DNA of 63,950 nt, the filler included, from Pirum gemmata (Eukaryota): the NCBI GenBank assembly GCA_002812295.1. It is 24 parts of 24 records of this genome, joined end to end, with 100 filler letters (N's around TTAATTAATTAA, not from the genome) between each part and the next. Parts side by side here need not be neighbours in the genome. Positions count along the whole stretch, not along the records: positions 12,478 to 15,625 come from PDIN01006186.1; positions 15,726 to 18,203 come from PDIN01006187.1; positions 18,304 to 20,781 come from PDIN01006188.1; positions 20,882 to 23,300 come from PDIN01006189.1; positions 23,401 to 27,118 come from PDIN01006190.1; 19 more parts are not named here. One strand, 5' to 3'. The notes below the pieces were generated by a model. It was not told the DNA's origin. It was given only the letters and a program-made list of their open reading frames with translations, and did not search any database. The position numbers and the translations under genes were made by a program. Positions 13,186-25,891 of the stretch are shown in pieces; the first letter of the stretch is position 1; each line of letters starts with the position of its first letter.

Positions 13186-13262
13186 GGGGTAAATGTGGCT
13201 CCTTGGTTTAGAGCGGAGTCTCAAAACCTAAAGGTTAGCGGTTCGATCCGCTGCCAGCACTG
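13186..13262 (+). other. tRNA-derived sequence (SINE head or tRNA pseudogene)
   Basis: A-box-like TGGCTCCTTGGTTTAGAGCG, and B-box GGTTCGATCC inside an AGCGG/CCGCT stem. The acceptor stem does not pair. Confidence 0.55.
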
Positions 13263-14092
13263 TCAAATGTCGAAACAAAAAAGAAAGGGTGCTAGATNTT
13301 GGTAAGCTTATTTCAGTTTTTGAACTGGACAACACTATTGAAAAACACAATAGTCTATAATAGTCTAGGTCTAGCTAGACTCTATTACTACCGGTAGCTA
13401 GTCTATCACTAAGCTACTCTAGCTAGCTACTAGCTAGTATGAGCTAATCCTTTATTATAAATAAACAATAGACTATAGTGCTTTTCAGTAGTTTTGTCAT
13501 CATAAAATATTCAATAAAGAGTACCAAATTAATACAATATAAACTCGTTTCATTTAATTTGGTATATTTTAGTATCTATTTATTCATTTAAAAATGTCAA
13601 TTTAAAGATTATAACCCTCCAAATAAATATTCGGAGTGATAAAATAAATGAAAGGCACGATAAATGCTTCTGCCATCTTCTGTGTCCAAGTTGATTCTTG
13701 ATAGGTCTAATATGATAGCTTTCGCAATACTTGGCTGTTTTCAAAACTTTTTTGTAGAAAAAATAACCCTTGAAAATAACCTAATTTTGCCCGCAGTAGA
13801 ACCCAAAAAATTCGCATTAAAAAATGCGTCAAATAACACTTTTTTTTTTTAAAAAAAAAAAGCTCTTTTTGATTAATAAAGTATCTTTAATAATGAGATA
13901 AAGGGCAGTTAAAGGACCAAATGATGGGTCAAATCTGAAATCAAAATATTAAACAAAGCGAAAAACGGACTTATCGCCACTGATTCGCCAGTCTACTTTT
14001 TTTATTTGAACCAATTACAGCAGACCCTGAAGCTCGTTTTTTTACTTTTTTGGTCCACAAAAAAATAGTAAACTGATGGGTTTACTGTAGCT

Positions 14093-14641
14093 AGACTAGC
14101 TAGGTAGAGGTTCGAGTTAGGGTTAGGTTAGGGTTAGGGTTAGGGTTAGGGTTAGGGTTAGGGTTAGGGTTAGGGTTAGGGTTAGGGTTAGGGTTAGGGT
14201 TAGGGTTAGGGTTAGGGTTAGGGTTAGGGTTAGGGTTAGGGTTAGGGTTAGGGTTAGGGTTAGGGTTAGGGTTAGGGTTAGGGTTGTTGCCTCCTGGGAG
14301 TCTGGAACGCCATTGTGATGTGATTTGTGTCATTTGCTATGCAGATTAGACAATACAATAAGTAGACCCCCTCTATGATCATAGGGTCTTATAGAGTATT
14401 AATAAACTTACTAACTCCTACCTACCTAGCTAGTAGCTAGGTAGAGGTTCGAAAGGGTTAGGGTTAAGGTTAGGGTTAGTTAGGGTTAGGGCTGGGTTAG
14501 GGTTAGGGTTAGGGTTATTGTCTCCTGGGAGTCTGGAACACCATTGTGATGTGATTTGTATCATTTGTGATGCAGATTAGACAATACAATAAGTAGACCC
14601 CCTCTATGATCATAGAGTCTTATAGAGTATTAATAAACTTA
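14093..14641 (+). repeat. Tandem duplication of the unit [CTAGGTAGAGGTTCGA-(TTAGGG)n-~125 bp unique sequence]
   Basis: The segment ctcctgggagtctggaac...gtattaataaactta occurs at ~14291-14410 and ~14522-14641, each preceded by a TTAGGG array. Confidence 0.85.
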
Positions 14642-15922
14642 TATTTATTATATCAATATAATATTATGATATAATATATAACTAGACCCACCTAAGTAAG
14701 ATAAAAATAACTGCTTTTTTTTTTTTTTAATTATCTGACGATTTTTTTTCTAGATGTTGTAGATGTTATCCAATCATAGCCGCAGATATTCTTAAAAATA
14801 GAATCTAAAATACTTCTTATAATAAATCATCAGTAAAACTTCAATAAATCATCTATAAATCATACTTTTTTAAAAAAAAAAATCATACCAAAAAAAAAAC
14901 GTGGAAATCTTTGGTCCAGGTTTCAACTTTAATAAGTAATACAAGCAGTTAAAATTCAAGAGTAAAAGTCTATTTGAGGACCTCTTGTGTTGACCTCCTG
15001 GGTCTATTATTTTTCATACATTTCAAAAAAAAGTGTCAGAAAAAGTGTCAATTTGTTGCACTTTTGTGTGTTTTTGACTTTAGAGAGACTTTTTTTTTGC
15101 CTTTTGCAGACTACTTTTGCCTGAAAATTTTCATTGACCATGTTTGGAAATATCTTCCAATTTCCTTTTTTTTTAGTTTTTTTTCTACCGGTACCCCTTT
15201 CACATTACAAACTAAGCCATTAAAACGGTAATCTAGAATTTTAACAGGAATTTTTAAGATACTATGACATAGACTACCGGTAATTGAAGTCCTTGGATGT
15301 CCTTGAGTTGTTCTTCCCAAAAAAAAATCAGTAAAAAAGTTTTTTTTATTAAAAAAAAAAACCCTATAGGGACATTAGGGAGCGTTCGAATAATACGTCC
15401 CGTCAAGGGGTAGGTAGGTAGGCAATATTTGACCGGAAATTAACGTCAAGGGGTAGGTAGGTAGGGGTATTTGAAGCTGTACTTGACTGGAAATTGGCGT
15501 TATGTAGTATTTGAACGACAAAAAAAAGACTCTAGGACTGTAGACTATATATATGGAGTTTATGGATATGCAGCGAATTGGAGGCCGAAGGCCGACCCGA
15601 CATACTCCGAAGACGCCGACGCCGANNNNNNNNNNNNNNNNNNNNNNNNNNNNNNNNNNNNNNNNNNNNTTAATTAATTAANNNNNNNNNNNNNNNNNNN
15701 NNNNNNNNNNNNNNNNNNNNNNNNNATAATAATAATAATAATAATATTATTAATATAATTAAGAGCGCTAGTTATTTAATTCAATATAAAATTTATATTT
15801 AATTATTTTTATTAAGCTTATCTATTATCATATATATTATAACAATAACAATTAATTTAATTTTATGCAAGACATTATATTATTTATTAATAATGGTTTA
15901 ATTAATTTATTTTAATTATTTT

Positions 15923-17992
15923 TTAAAGTGCTTTAGGACAAATACATTCTTCATCCAATTGAATTCCGCTTATTGGTTCACAAGTAATGGTATGCTCAGT
16001 AACAATCACCTGTTTCAAAATCATAGAACTACGAACGTCATTACCAGTGGCTTCAAATGCTTTCAAAAACTCTTTATCACAGTTGCATTCTTTCTTAAAT
16101 GCAAATTTGCATATTGGGCAATCATTTTTGTGACAAGGTATAGTTTGTTCTAATTCAGGGCACTCTTTACCACCATTCATTGGTTGTCGTAGAATAACAC
16201 GAGTTTGGGATTGAAAACCTTCTGTACTTTCACCTTTGGTACTATTTCTGCAAGAGGTGTTTTCACAAACATCAGTAGAATTAACCCACTCACCCACCAA
16301 ACAGTCCACCTTGCAATCGATTTTACAATCATCCTCATCATCTAACTCAGGGCACTTTTCTCCACCGTATTTATTATTAACAAGAATTTCACGGTGTTTT
16401 AATATTTGGCCACGGGCTTCTGCGTTTTCACCATCACATACAGCATTACATTCTTTCTCTTCATATTCACCTACTTCACAATCGATAGCACATTGTTTAG
16501 AGCAAGATTCAATATGACCAGTAGCACCACATAACTCCCCACCAAAATCAGGCTGGACATAAACATCGCGTTTGGTGATAATATAACCTTTTGCAACACC
16601 ATTTACTACTGCACCAGCACAATCAGCATTACAAGGTGCTTCCCTGTACCAGTCTCCAAGTTGGCAATCAACACCACATTGAATTTCGCAAGTTTCAGTT
16701 TTTTCCGTATCTTCACATTCTTTACCATAAAATTGAGGTTCGATAGCAACACCTCGAGTTGATGTAATATTACCTTTTACCACACCGTCCGTTCCAGCGT
16801 CATCACAAGAAGCAGAACAAGGACCCTTTTTCCAATAGTCCATTTTACAATTTATCGGACAAGTTTTTGTGCAATGGGTAGTGGTTACGGAAGGGCCACA
16901 TTTTTTACCACCATTTTTTGGAAATGTTGTAGTTTCTCTACGACTACTATAAGTACCATTGCCTTGTCCTCCCCCATTAGGGCATACTGCGTCACACTCT
17001 GATTTGACCCACTTATCTTGAACACAATCGATAGCACATTGTACTGCACAAGGGCCCTCGTTAGTAAGTTCACACTTTTTACCATTTTCAGTGCCAGGCC
17101 ACAATGTTTCTCTTGTTCTATTACGAGTACCTTTTCTAAAGCTCTCAGTTTCTTTAGATGGATCCAAGCATTGGGCATCGCATGCACCCCATTCAGACCA
17201 GTTGTCAGGAACACAATCTAAATCACATACCAAACTCTTAATTTTCTGCATACCAGCTTTTAATACATTAAAATCGTCAACTTTTAAAACTTTATCCATA
17301 TCACCAGTTAGAGCTTTCAAATATTCGTCATCTGCATTTGCTCCAATAGAAACAGCAAATATGGTATAGTCACCACCAAATTGCTTATCATACAGCCGTG
17401 GAGCAACAGTACTGACTGAATGATATCCCTTTTTATCCGTTGGGTCGTTTGCCCGTCCATCAGTTATAATAATGATGGTCTTTGAAACGTCCTTTATTTC
17501 ATCTTTGGACCGAGCTCGATCTACAGAATTAAAAATGGATTCCTCGACGGAGTGTAAAGCAGTACCCAGATATGTTTTTGCTTTTACATCAGTATATTTC
17601 ATATTTTCTAGCTCACTTAAAATTTTTCCTTTATCGAAAGAAGAGGGCCCCAAATCTTGAACGTGGTCGTAATCAGTACCGAAACGAGTTAGACCGACGT
17701 GGATGAATCTTTCTTCAACCTTAAATTCGTTGATAAGACTTTCGGCAAATTGTTTCATTAATCCAAAATTTTTTTGACCGATGTCTAATACTTCATATAT
17801 ATTGTTTTTTACCTCCTCTTTTGAGCTTACGGCAGACATACTGCCAGAAGAATCAAACATAATTACAATATCAGATCGAAGTTCACAGTTAGGGTTTTCT
17901 ACATTAACCCGGTTATCAACTTTAGTAGCACCATACGCATTGTTTACCATGGTGGCGGTAAACGTAGCTACTAGAAAAGACGCTATTTTCAT
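15923..17992 (-). CDS. Secreted vWA-domain protein with six thrombospondin type-1 (spondin-like) repeats
   Basis: Signal peptide MKIASFLVATFTATMVNNAYG. MIDAS motif DSSGS, TYLGTAL and IITDGRAND. Six repeats of the form xDCxxxxWxxxxCxAxC...R...GGxxC plus a degenerate seventh. No TM segment. Intronless 689 aa. Confidence 0.9.
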   Translation of the reverse strand: MKIASFLVATFTATMVNNAYGATKVDNRVNVENPNCELRSDIVIMFDSSGSMSAVSSKEEVKNNIYEVLDIGQKNFGLMKQFAESLINEFKVEERFIHVGLTRFGTDYDHVQDLGPSSFDKGKILSELENMKYTDVKAKTYLGTALHSVEESIFNSVDRARSKDEIKDVSKTIIIITDGRANDPTDKKGYHSVSTVAPRLYDKQFGGDYTIFAVSIGANADDEYLKALTGDMDKVLKVDDFNVLKAGMQKIKSLVCDLDCVPDNWSEWGACDAQCLDPSKETESFRKGTRNRTRETLWPGTENGKKCELTNEGPCAVQCAIDCVQDKWVKSECDAVCPNGGGQGNGTYSSRRETTTFPKNGGKKCGPSVTTTHCTKTCPINCKMDYWKKGPCSASCDDAGTDGVVKGNITSTRGVAIEPQFYGKECEDTEKTETCEIQCGVDCQLGDWYREAPCNADCAGAVVNGVAKGYIITKRDVYVQPDFGGELCGATGHIESCSKQCAIDCEVGEYEEKECNAVCDGENAEARGQILKHREILVNNKYGGEKCPELDDEDDCKIDCKVDCLVGEWVNSTDVCENTSCRNSTKGESTEGFQSQTRVILRQPMNGGKECPELEQTIPCHKNDCPICKFAFKKECNCDKEFLKAFEATGNDVRSSMILKQVIVTEHTITCEPISGIQLDEECICPKAL

Positions 17993-18347
17993 TGTTAATT
18001 ATTGTTATGAGAACTTTATTATTATTATTATAATATTTAAATTTGTAATTAAAAATAGAATTACAAAATTAATTATTTTGTTCTACTAAAAAATATACTA
18101 TATTTTTTGGTTTAGGTTTTGGTTTTATTTTGGTTTGTTTTTGTTTTTGTTTTTGTTTTTGTTTTTGTTTTTGTTTTGTTTTTGTTTTTGGTTTTGGTTT
18201 GGTNNNNNNNNNNNNNNNNNNNNNNNNNNNNNNNNNNNNNNNNNNNNTTAATTAATTAANNNNNNNNNNNNNNNNNNNNNNNNNNNNNNNNNNNNNNNNN
18301 NNNTATATAAATATATCATCATTATTATATTATCAACTATACAATAG

Positions 18348-18711
18348 GGTTGAATTTTTAATGTGGGATTCTTTAAGACTGCTAGATAAGTCTACCATTT
18401 TTTCGAAACCCTTAAAAATGGTAAAATCACAAAACTTGCATCCCAAACTTCTTCCCTTAACATCACGAGATTTGAAGGGAATTCAACAGAATAAACAACA
18501 AAAAGGAAAAATTACTAAAACCATATTACAGGATGACATTGAGAATTGTTTGGATTTTGAATCGGATTTAGAAAAGGTAGATGATTATGAAGATGATGAT
18601 GAAGATGATGAAGAAGATGATGAAAATGATGAAGAGGATGATGAAGATGATGAAGATGAGCATGGACATGAGCAAGACGATGTAGAAATTGAAGAAATAG
18701 CAACAACTCAG
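18348..18711 (+). CDS. Internal exon of an unknown protein with an acidic (D/E) tract
   Basis: Acceptor caatAG at 18347, donor CAG|GTAAAA at 18712, open frame. The ORF-track tail VRVRIRV is intronic TTAGGG repeat. Confidence 0.55.
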
Positions 18712-20928
18712 GTAAAAGAATTAAAAAGTGTTAGGGTTAGGATTAGGGTTAGTGGTTAGTGGTTGGGGGTTTGGGTTAGGGCTAGAATTAGGGTTAGGTT
18801 TAGGGTTAGGTTTAGGGTTACGTTTAGGGTTAGGGAAAAGGGAATAATAAGTATTTGCAAGTTTTGGGAGCCAGGTTTATTCTGTAAATTTTTGTGAAGT
18901 CTGCGTTAGTTCTAACCTAATACTTTTTTTTTTTTTTTTTTTCAGGCCCGCAGAAATCATTTTTTTTTTTAGACTTCTTTTCTAAAAACGTTAATTATAA
19001 CTAGCCAAATTATTTTTAAAATTGACCATTTTTGGTTCATAACAGAGTTTTATTAGTTATATAATAATAATAAAAAAAAATAATAATAATAAAAATAGAG
19101 TAAAAAATAGACTAGACTAGACTATGTTGATGCTTGAAATTGTTGTATTACATTGTTGTTGGTTGGAAAAGTCTCATTCATCGGTATAAATAAATACTTT
19201 TTAAAAGTATTTATTTCATTACCATTTTGTTGCTATATTAGTGGATGATGTTGATGGTGTTGCATATTATAACAATGTTGTATGGTTGTATACAATATTA
19301 AAAATAAAAAACATTTATATTAATTATATTTTGAAGTATACAGTATTAATATATACAATAATTATTGTAAGAATATATTAATTAGTTAATAATATACAAT
19401 GATTTCCCTAACCTTAACCCTAGGCCTAACCCTAATTATACCCTTAACCCTATAATATATGCCCCTAACCCTAACTAACCACCCTAACCCTAACACGCCC
19501 CCTAACCCCCATTACAAATCACCACTCGATCCCACGTAGAAAGAAACCTTGACAAAAAAAATTATTTTGTTCTATACTAATAATTATTTATTTTACTGTT
19601 GTATGTGTCAATTTATTTTGAATAATTATAAATTTAAATTATTAACAACTATATCAAAATTGATTAAATTGTAGCCCTTTAATAAATTAATTTTAATAAA
19701 TTGGTCGGGTATAAATTATTTTTCGGAGGACAATGAAAAACCGGATAGTCTAGTCTCAAGTTCCTCTCAAAACCGGATATTAAATAATATAGCAATAATA
19801 TAATTGATGATATAATATATATCTTGCTTATCATAAAGGGTATTCATAGAAAGATAAATGATACAAAAAAAATATTATGCGTTATGACCATTGACAACTC
19901 TGTGAACTCATTTTAAAAAACAGTTACTTCATTTAGTCTTCAATAATCTTCATTTTTAAAAATGATTTAATAGACCACCATATCATATATATATTATATA
20001 GGTAGACGTTAATAAGAGTCTTATTTTTTCACTATATACCCATATATATAGACGTTAATCGCTATATATATCGATATATAGTGTTAATTTTTTATTACAC
20101 GGTATACGATACGATATATCTTTTTTATTTTTATTTTATATATTTTTTTATAAAGCCAAGCAAAAAAGTAGACTAGCTGAAAAAAACTTGAAAAAAGCTC
20201 TGAAAAAGGGGTCTTTGGATTTTTGGATTTTTGAGCTCATAATCTATTATTAGACTATAGCGGATGTCCCCATTTTTATCCAGCTTGGTATAGTAGACCA
20301 GAGTCTAAGTAGAACTACGTATCCCTAGCTAGTAGTAGGGCTACTAGTGTAGTGGCTATGATACAAGCGCAGAGAAAAGGACACCCCCCCCCCTTTTTTT
20401 TTTGTGACATCGAACATAATTATAAAGTTAGACTTTTTTTTTTTTTTTTTTTTTTAAAATCATAATATTATTTTTTTTTAAAAAAAAATTTTGAAAAAAA
20501 AAAGCGATATGTGATAAGTTCTTTTCGCAGTATAATCAATAGTTTACTATTTAAGCTTGAAATTCTAACCTCCTGAACAACTGAAAGACAAAATAAAATG
20601 AAAAAAAATAGTAATGTAAATTATTATATGAACGGGTAGTGTAACCATAACATCAACATCGAAAATAATAACTGCTACAACAACAACAACAACAGCAACA
20701 ACAACAACAACAATAACAACAACAACAACAACAACATTTACCATATCAACAACAAAACCAACCACAAAATATTAATTTCAGNNNNNNNNNNNNNNNNNNN
20801 NNNNNNNNNNNNNNNNNNNNNNNNNTTAATTAATTAANNNNNNNNNNNNNNNNNNNNNNNNNNNNNNNNNNNNNNNNNNNNATAATAATAATAATAATAA
20901 TAATAATAATTGAAAAAAAATATCATAC

Positions 20929-21310
20929 CGTTCACTGAAATCTTAGGCGTTGGTACTGAAACTGATTTTTCTTTTAATGTAAACATTAGATCGTGCTGCA
21001 GGTGCAAAGAAGACAGTGTTTCTCCAGAGTGGGATATTTTAAAAACAAATTTACATTTTCTTTCGTTTTTGGTTTCTTCTTTAGTCGATATATCGCCGAT
21101 TGTGATTAAAAAATTTTGATCATCATAACTGGGTATAGATTTAATTTCTAAAATTTTTTGCTCTTTCGTAGGAAGTGACCAAAACTGTTCTAAAATAGTT
21201 TTAACTTGAGGTTCATCTAATTGAGGTTTCTCAAGATCAATTGAATTTCCAGTTGGAATTGAAATAGGGTCATTACTTGGTGCAACGGCATTTGTAATAG
21301 AAGACATCAT
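20929..21310 (-). CDS. HYKK: First exon of a hydroxylysine kinase-like (AGPHD1/APH phosphotransferase family) protein
   Basis: KPQLDEPQVKTILEQFW...IPSYDDQNFLI...FVFKISH...LQHDLMFTL resembles the HYKK N-terminus (LPSYDDQNF...YVLKISN). Donor G|GTATGA at 20928. Confidence 0.75.
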
Positions 21311-22146
21311 TATTATTATTATTATTACATAAATATAAAACAAAATTTCAAGCTTAATTTTTTTTATTATACTTTTTGTGCTTTTTGTGTTTTTTGTGCT
21401 TTTTGTGTGTTTGACAATTTTTTTTTATTTATGATATTTCAAGGACTTCAAACTTCAAAGTCCTTGGATATTTACAAAAACTTTTTGGAAACTTTTTTTT
21501 TTCGTCATTTTGATCTCTCATTTTTGTACCTCCGATCTCGTACCTCCAGTGTATAGCGGGGTGTCCCTCCGGTTGCGACTGGATTACCCCTACTCTAGCT
21601 AGCTAGCTAGCTACGAGCTACTAAGCTACTAGCTAGTAGTAGTATGATACCTAATAACACTCTAATAACCCTAATTTTTAAAAAAAAAAAAAAATTAGTT
21701 TGAAAAATTAAGTTTTAAAATTTTTTATTTAATTTATATTTTAAAATTAATTTTAATATTATTAGTTTTTATAATTATCTAGCTAGCTAGTATATTATGG
21801 TATTATTATCGATAGATATGAAAAGTATAACAACCGAACGATAATCAAATCATTTATGATACCAAAGTACTATGAAGCAAGTCAACAAACTATGATACAA
21901 CTAAAATTAACTATAACGAGATCATATCATATAAAAAAAAAAAAGAAAAAAAAAAGGTATGATAGTACTCGCTACTTAGTACTAGCTAGCTAGCTAGCTA
22001 GGCCCCCCAATCTGCTACTCTACTATCATACTCTACACTTCTACTAGCTAGTTAGAGCTAGTAAGTAGATTGTCTAGCTAGCTACTATTACAAATTTACA
22101 ATAACTAAAGCTAGCTAGACTATCATTTATAATACTACTACTGCTG

Positions 22147-22219
<73 letters not shown>

Positions 22220-22794
22220 GCATATGAAAAAAAAAAAAAAAAATAGTAATGTCATATTATGATAGGTCTTCTTTGAACAATTTTTGAAGACCCCTCCTTC
22301 TAGCTAGCTCCTCGAAGTTAATTAATACTATCGAGTTGATATACTTACCGGAAAATGGGTATTTTGGTAGTAGATTAGTATCATCAATATTTTAGTATTT
22401 TGACAGTATTTTGAGTTGTATTTTAGTATAGTATGTATATTTTGGTCTATTCTAGCTACAGTAGGTAGAAGAAAGTTTCTTAGATTAGAATAGATTAGGA
22501 AGTTGTTGCACCATAGGGGACTATGTTCATGTTATGAAATATATTACAGCATAGTCATATTATGTGTTTAAGGGTTTATGGTAACGTCATATGTAAAGTC
22601 AAGGAATACCTTATGTTTACCTCATTACTAATAGTAGGTATATAAGCGCGCAAGCGAGACGTAAGATTCTCCGGTTTCTTCATTTCTAACAGATCCATAT
22701 AAAGTAGTTTGAGGATCTAGTCGTGTTGCTCTAGAACTGAAAACAATAATTGCAAACAGCGATATATAATTTTTTTTAATTGTTTCTTTCTGAA

Positions 22795-23121
22795 TTATTT
22801 CACATTTAAATAAAAATCTATCCGTTTCAAAGCAATCAAACCTGTTTCCTTGATCCCAATAAAAGATTCTTTCCAATCCGAGTTACAATTTTCATCATCC
22901 ACTACACAATCATCAAAGTCAGGGAAATCAGGATTTATCCGTATCAAAGTAGTCTGGGGGGTCTCGCCGTGTTGCTCTAGAATAGAATCACGCAATACTA
23001 ATTCACTCTCATATCTTACAGACGGAATCCTCTGTCCACAGCCAATTTCCAATATAACCATCGATAAACTTGGATAATCGCTCAGTAATTTTTCAACACT
23101 CGTTTCCCAACAAGAATACCG
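22795..23121 (-). CDS. Last exon of a SIR2/sirtuin-like NAD-dependent deacylase (bacterial-like subtype)
   Basis: Acceptor cacAG at 23122. MVILEIGCGQRIPSVRYESE...TLIRINPDFP matches the C-terminal Rossmann-fold half (lEiGxG..vPtvR; lIRINp) of SIR2-like proteins. Confidence 0.72.
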   Translation of the reverse strand, partial: RYSCWETSVEKLLSDYPSLSMVILEIGCGQRIPSVRYESELVLRDSILEQHGETPQTTLIRINPDFPDFDDCVVDDENCNSDWKESFIGIKETGLIALKRIDFYLNVK

Positions 23122-23258
23122 CTGTGAATGATTATTGATACGCGGATGATTTGATAATTATGATTGAATGAGAAAGGATAGCATCACATAAAATTGTTAT
23201 ATGAAAGAACAAAGCAATAAAACGACAAAGACAGCAATACTAATACTAACAATACTAA

Positions 23259-23297
<39 letters not shown>

Positions 23298-23497
23298 TAC
23301 NNNNNNNNNNNNNNNNNNNNNNNNNNNNNNNNNNNNNNNNNNNNTTAATTAATTAANNNNNNNNNNNNNNNNNNNNNNNNNNNNNNNNNNNNNNNNNNNN
23401 ATTATATATTATTAGTATTAAATATTATTACTTTTATATTATTAATTATTATTATTATTATTATTATTATTACTTTTATTTCTAATAATAATCCAAA

Positions 23498-25752
23498 ATG
23501 GTCAAATTTTCAGTTCATTCTTTATTTTACATATGCACTATTTACAATTGTGTATATCTATTACAAGGTAAATCAACTACTACTCATCACGAAGATTTGA
23601 ACTTCTATCACGATCATCACCATGGTTATGCTCCTCAAAATAATAATTTCACAGAACATCAAATATGGAAATGTACCAACCAAACATGGACTCATGCTTC
23701 TGTTTCCAAAGAATGGTGCCAATCAAATTGTTTATCCAAAGATAAACCTAATAGTAATGTAAGTTGTTATTATAAAAACGTAACAAAAACACCAATTACA
23801 ATGGAAAACCATGCTTGTTCATGTGAAAAAAAAATTTTTACTTACGACCATATAGTTCGCTTTGTCAACCCAAAGACAGACACTAACACTCTTTCTTCAG
23901 AAGAACGAAAATGGATAGAAGCAAGAGACAAAAAAATTAAACTCAACTGGGAAATTTATTTTAAAAATTTAAACCTACCTAAACTGAAATTTAACGAAAT
24001 TGATCAATCCAAATTGCCGCGTGTAGCGATTTGTTCCTCTGGCGGGGGAACTAGAGCAATGCTGGTATATATGTTTGCTAAAAATACCCGCACTCACCCA
24101 CACCCACACCCATATACATAATATATCAATATATTTATATATATAAATACACACCAATATAGTGATAATTCCCTAACCCTAACCTAATAATTTTTGTCAC
24201 TTAACTCAATTTTACTCATAAGTGCCTAAAATTATATAATATTTCATTTTAAAAAAAATATTATTATTTTTTTATTATTTTTTAATTTTTTTTAAAATTT
24301 CGTTTATTTTTCGTTTATTTTTGTTTATTTTGTTTATTTTTTTTTATTCTATTTTTTTTTTAAAAAAAAAAACTAAAGACTTGTATATTTAAATAATATC
24401 GCAAATAGGCTGGAGCTGGTGCAATTAACGCTATGGATATACGTGACCAAAACTCTAAAGACAAAAAAAGCGGTGGGTTATTCCAGGTTTCTAGCTACTT
24501 CATTGGGTTAAGTGGTTCGTCATGGCTAATTTCATCTCTACTGGCCAACAACTTTCCATTACCAACCGAATGGGCTAACAATGATATAAATCTGAACACA
24601 TCTTTATTTTACCCAGGTGAAACAGACGAAGAAGCTATCAAAAATTATGCAATTTTCGATAAGCAAATACAAGCGAAAAAAGATGCTGGTTACGGTGTCT
24701 CTTTGGTAGACCTGTGGGGTCGTGGGGTGAGTTACCAAATGTTGAACAATTTCGGCGCAAAGGGCTCCTATGGTGTGGACTTCAGTCTATCTGATTTTGC
24801 CCAGGATAAAACTAATCCTTTTTATTATCACGACATTCCTTTTCCCATGATACTGGGTTCACAACTTTTTCGCAACGAAAGTAAACAAACTGCAGAACCT
24901 TGGGAAATGACTCTCTTTGAAGTTGGATCCTTCAGCAAAAATGTTAGCGCTTTTATCAAGACCGAAAATTTTGGTACCAAATTGCAAAGCACTTTGCCCC
25001 AAAATGATGACGGTAAAATTACTCATATGGATCAATTTGGGTTTATGTTTGGTATTTCCTCCGCCGCATTTGCCCTTCCTGACGCAAGTCAAGACCCAAT
25101 GATTCCTTTGCCCATTCGTAAAATATTACAAAAATACGAAAACGTCGATTCCACGTTTCAAAATTTGACTTTGGCTGAAGTTCCTAATTCATTTCTAGGT
25201 ATAAATGATAACAGTCCTAAGAATATAAGCACCGAAGAAAACTTGTACTTTGGTGACGGAGGACTGGGACCCTGGGGCAATTTACCTTTAACCCCTCTTC
25301 TTATTTCCGAGAGAGAAATTGACGTTATTTTAACGATTGACAGTAGTAACGACGAAGACGGTTATCCAAATGGTGCAGCAATAGTTTCTGCGCAAGAATA
25401 TGCTACAATAGCCAACTTGCCTTTTCCTCAAGTGCCCACTAAGCGTCAATTTGCGCAAAATAACCGAGCGTTGTTGAATAGAGTGAGTTTTTTTGGTTGC
25501 TACGAACATAATATACCAACTATAGTTTATATTCCTAATCACTATGTTTCTTTTCCTACTAATACTTCTACTTCCAAATTTGATTATAATTATACTGAGA
25601 TCAATGGGTTTTTAGAAAATGGACAAGAAATTATTAATAGTCAACCTGGCTTTGAGGATTTGCCTGAATGCTTGGGCTGTTTGATGGGTTCTTATATTGA
25701 TTATAAGAGTGAACAGTGTACACAGTGTATGGAAAAATATTGTTGGGAGTAG
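23498..25752 (+). CDS. Secreted lysophospholipase / phospholipase B (PLAc domain); exons 23498-24064 and 24409-25752
   Basis: Splicing (GT at 24065, AG at 24408) gives SSGGGTRAML-AGAGAINAMDIR. Catalytic motifs GLSGSSW and GDGG. Signal peptide. C-terminal CLGC...CTQCMEKYCW as in fungal PLBs. Confidence 0.92.
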
Positions 25753-25891
25753 TTTGGAGTTTGTTTGGTTATTTTGGGATTTTTTAGATGGGGGGGTTTT
25801 CTTTTTTGATATTTTAAAATTAATTAAATTTAATTAAAANNNNNNNNNNNNNNNNNNNNNNNNNNNNNNNNNNNNNNNNNNNNNNNNNNNN

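Noticed and set aside
13186..13262. Functional tRNA gene
   Set aside because: The acceptor and anticodon stems do not pair. Kept only as tRNA-derived.
14100..14333. NPNPNP, VRVRVR, GLGLGL and LTLTLT ORFs (also 26453-26687, 49551-49971)
   Set aside because: Translations of TTAGGG arrays.
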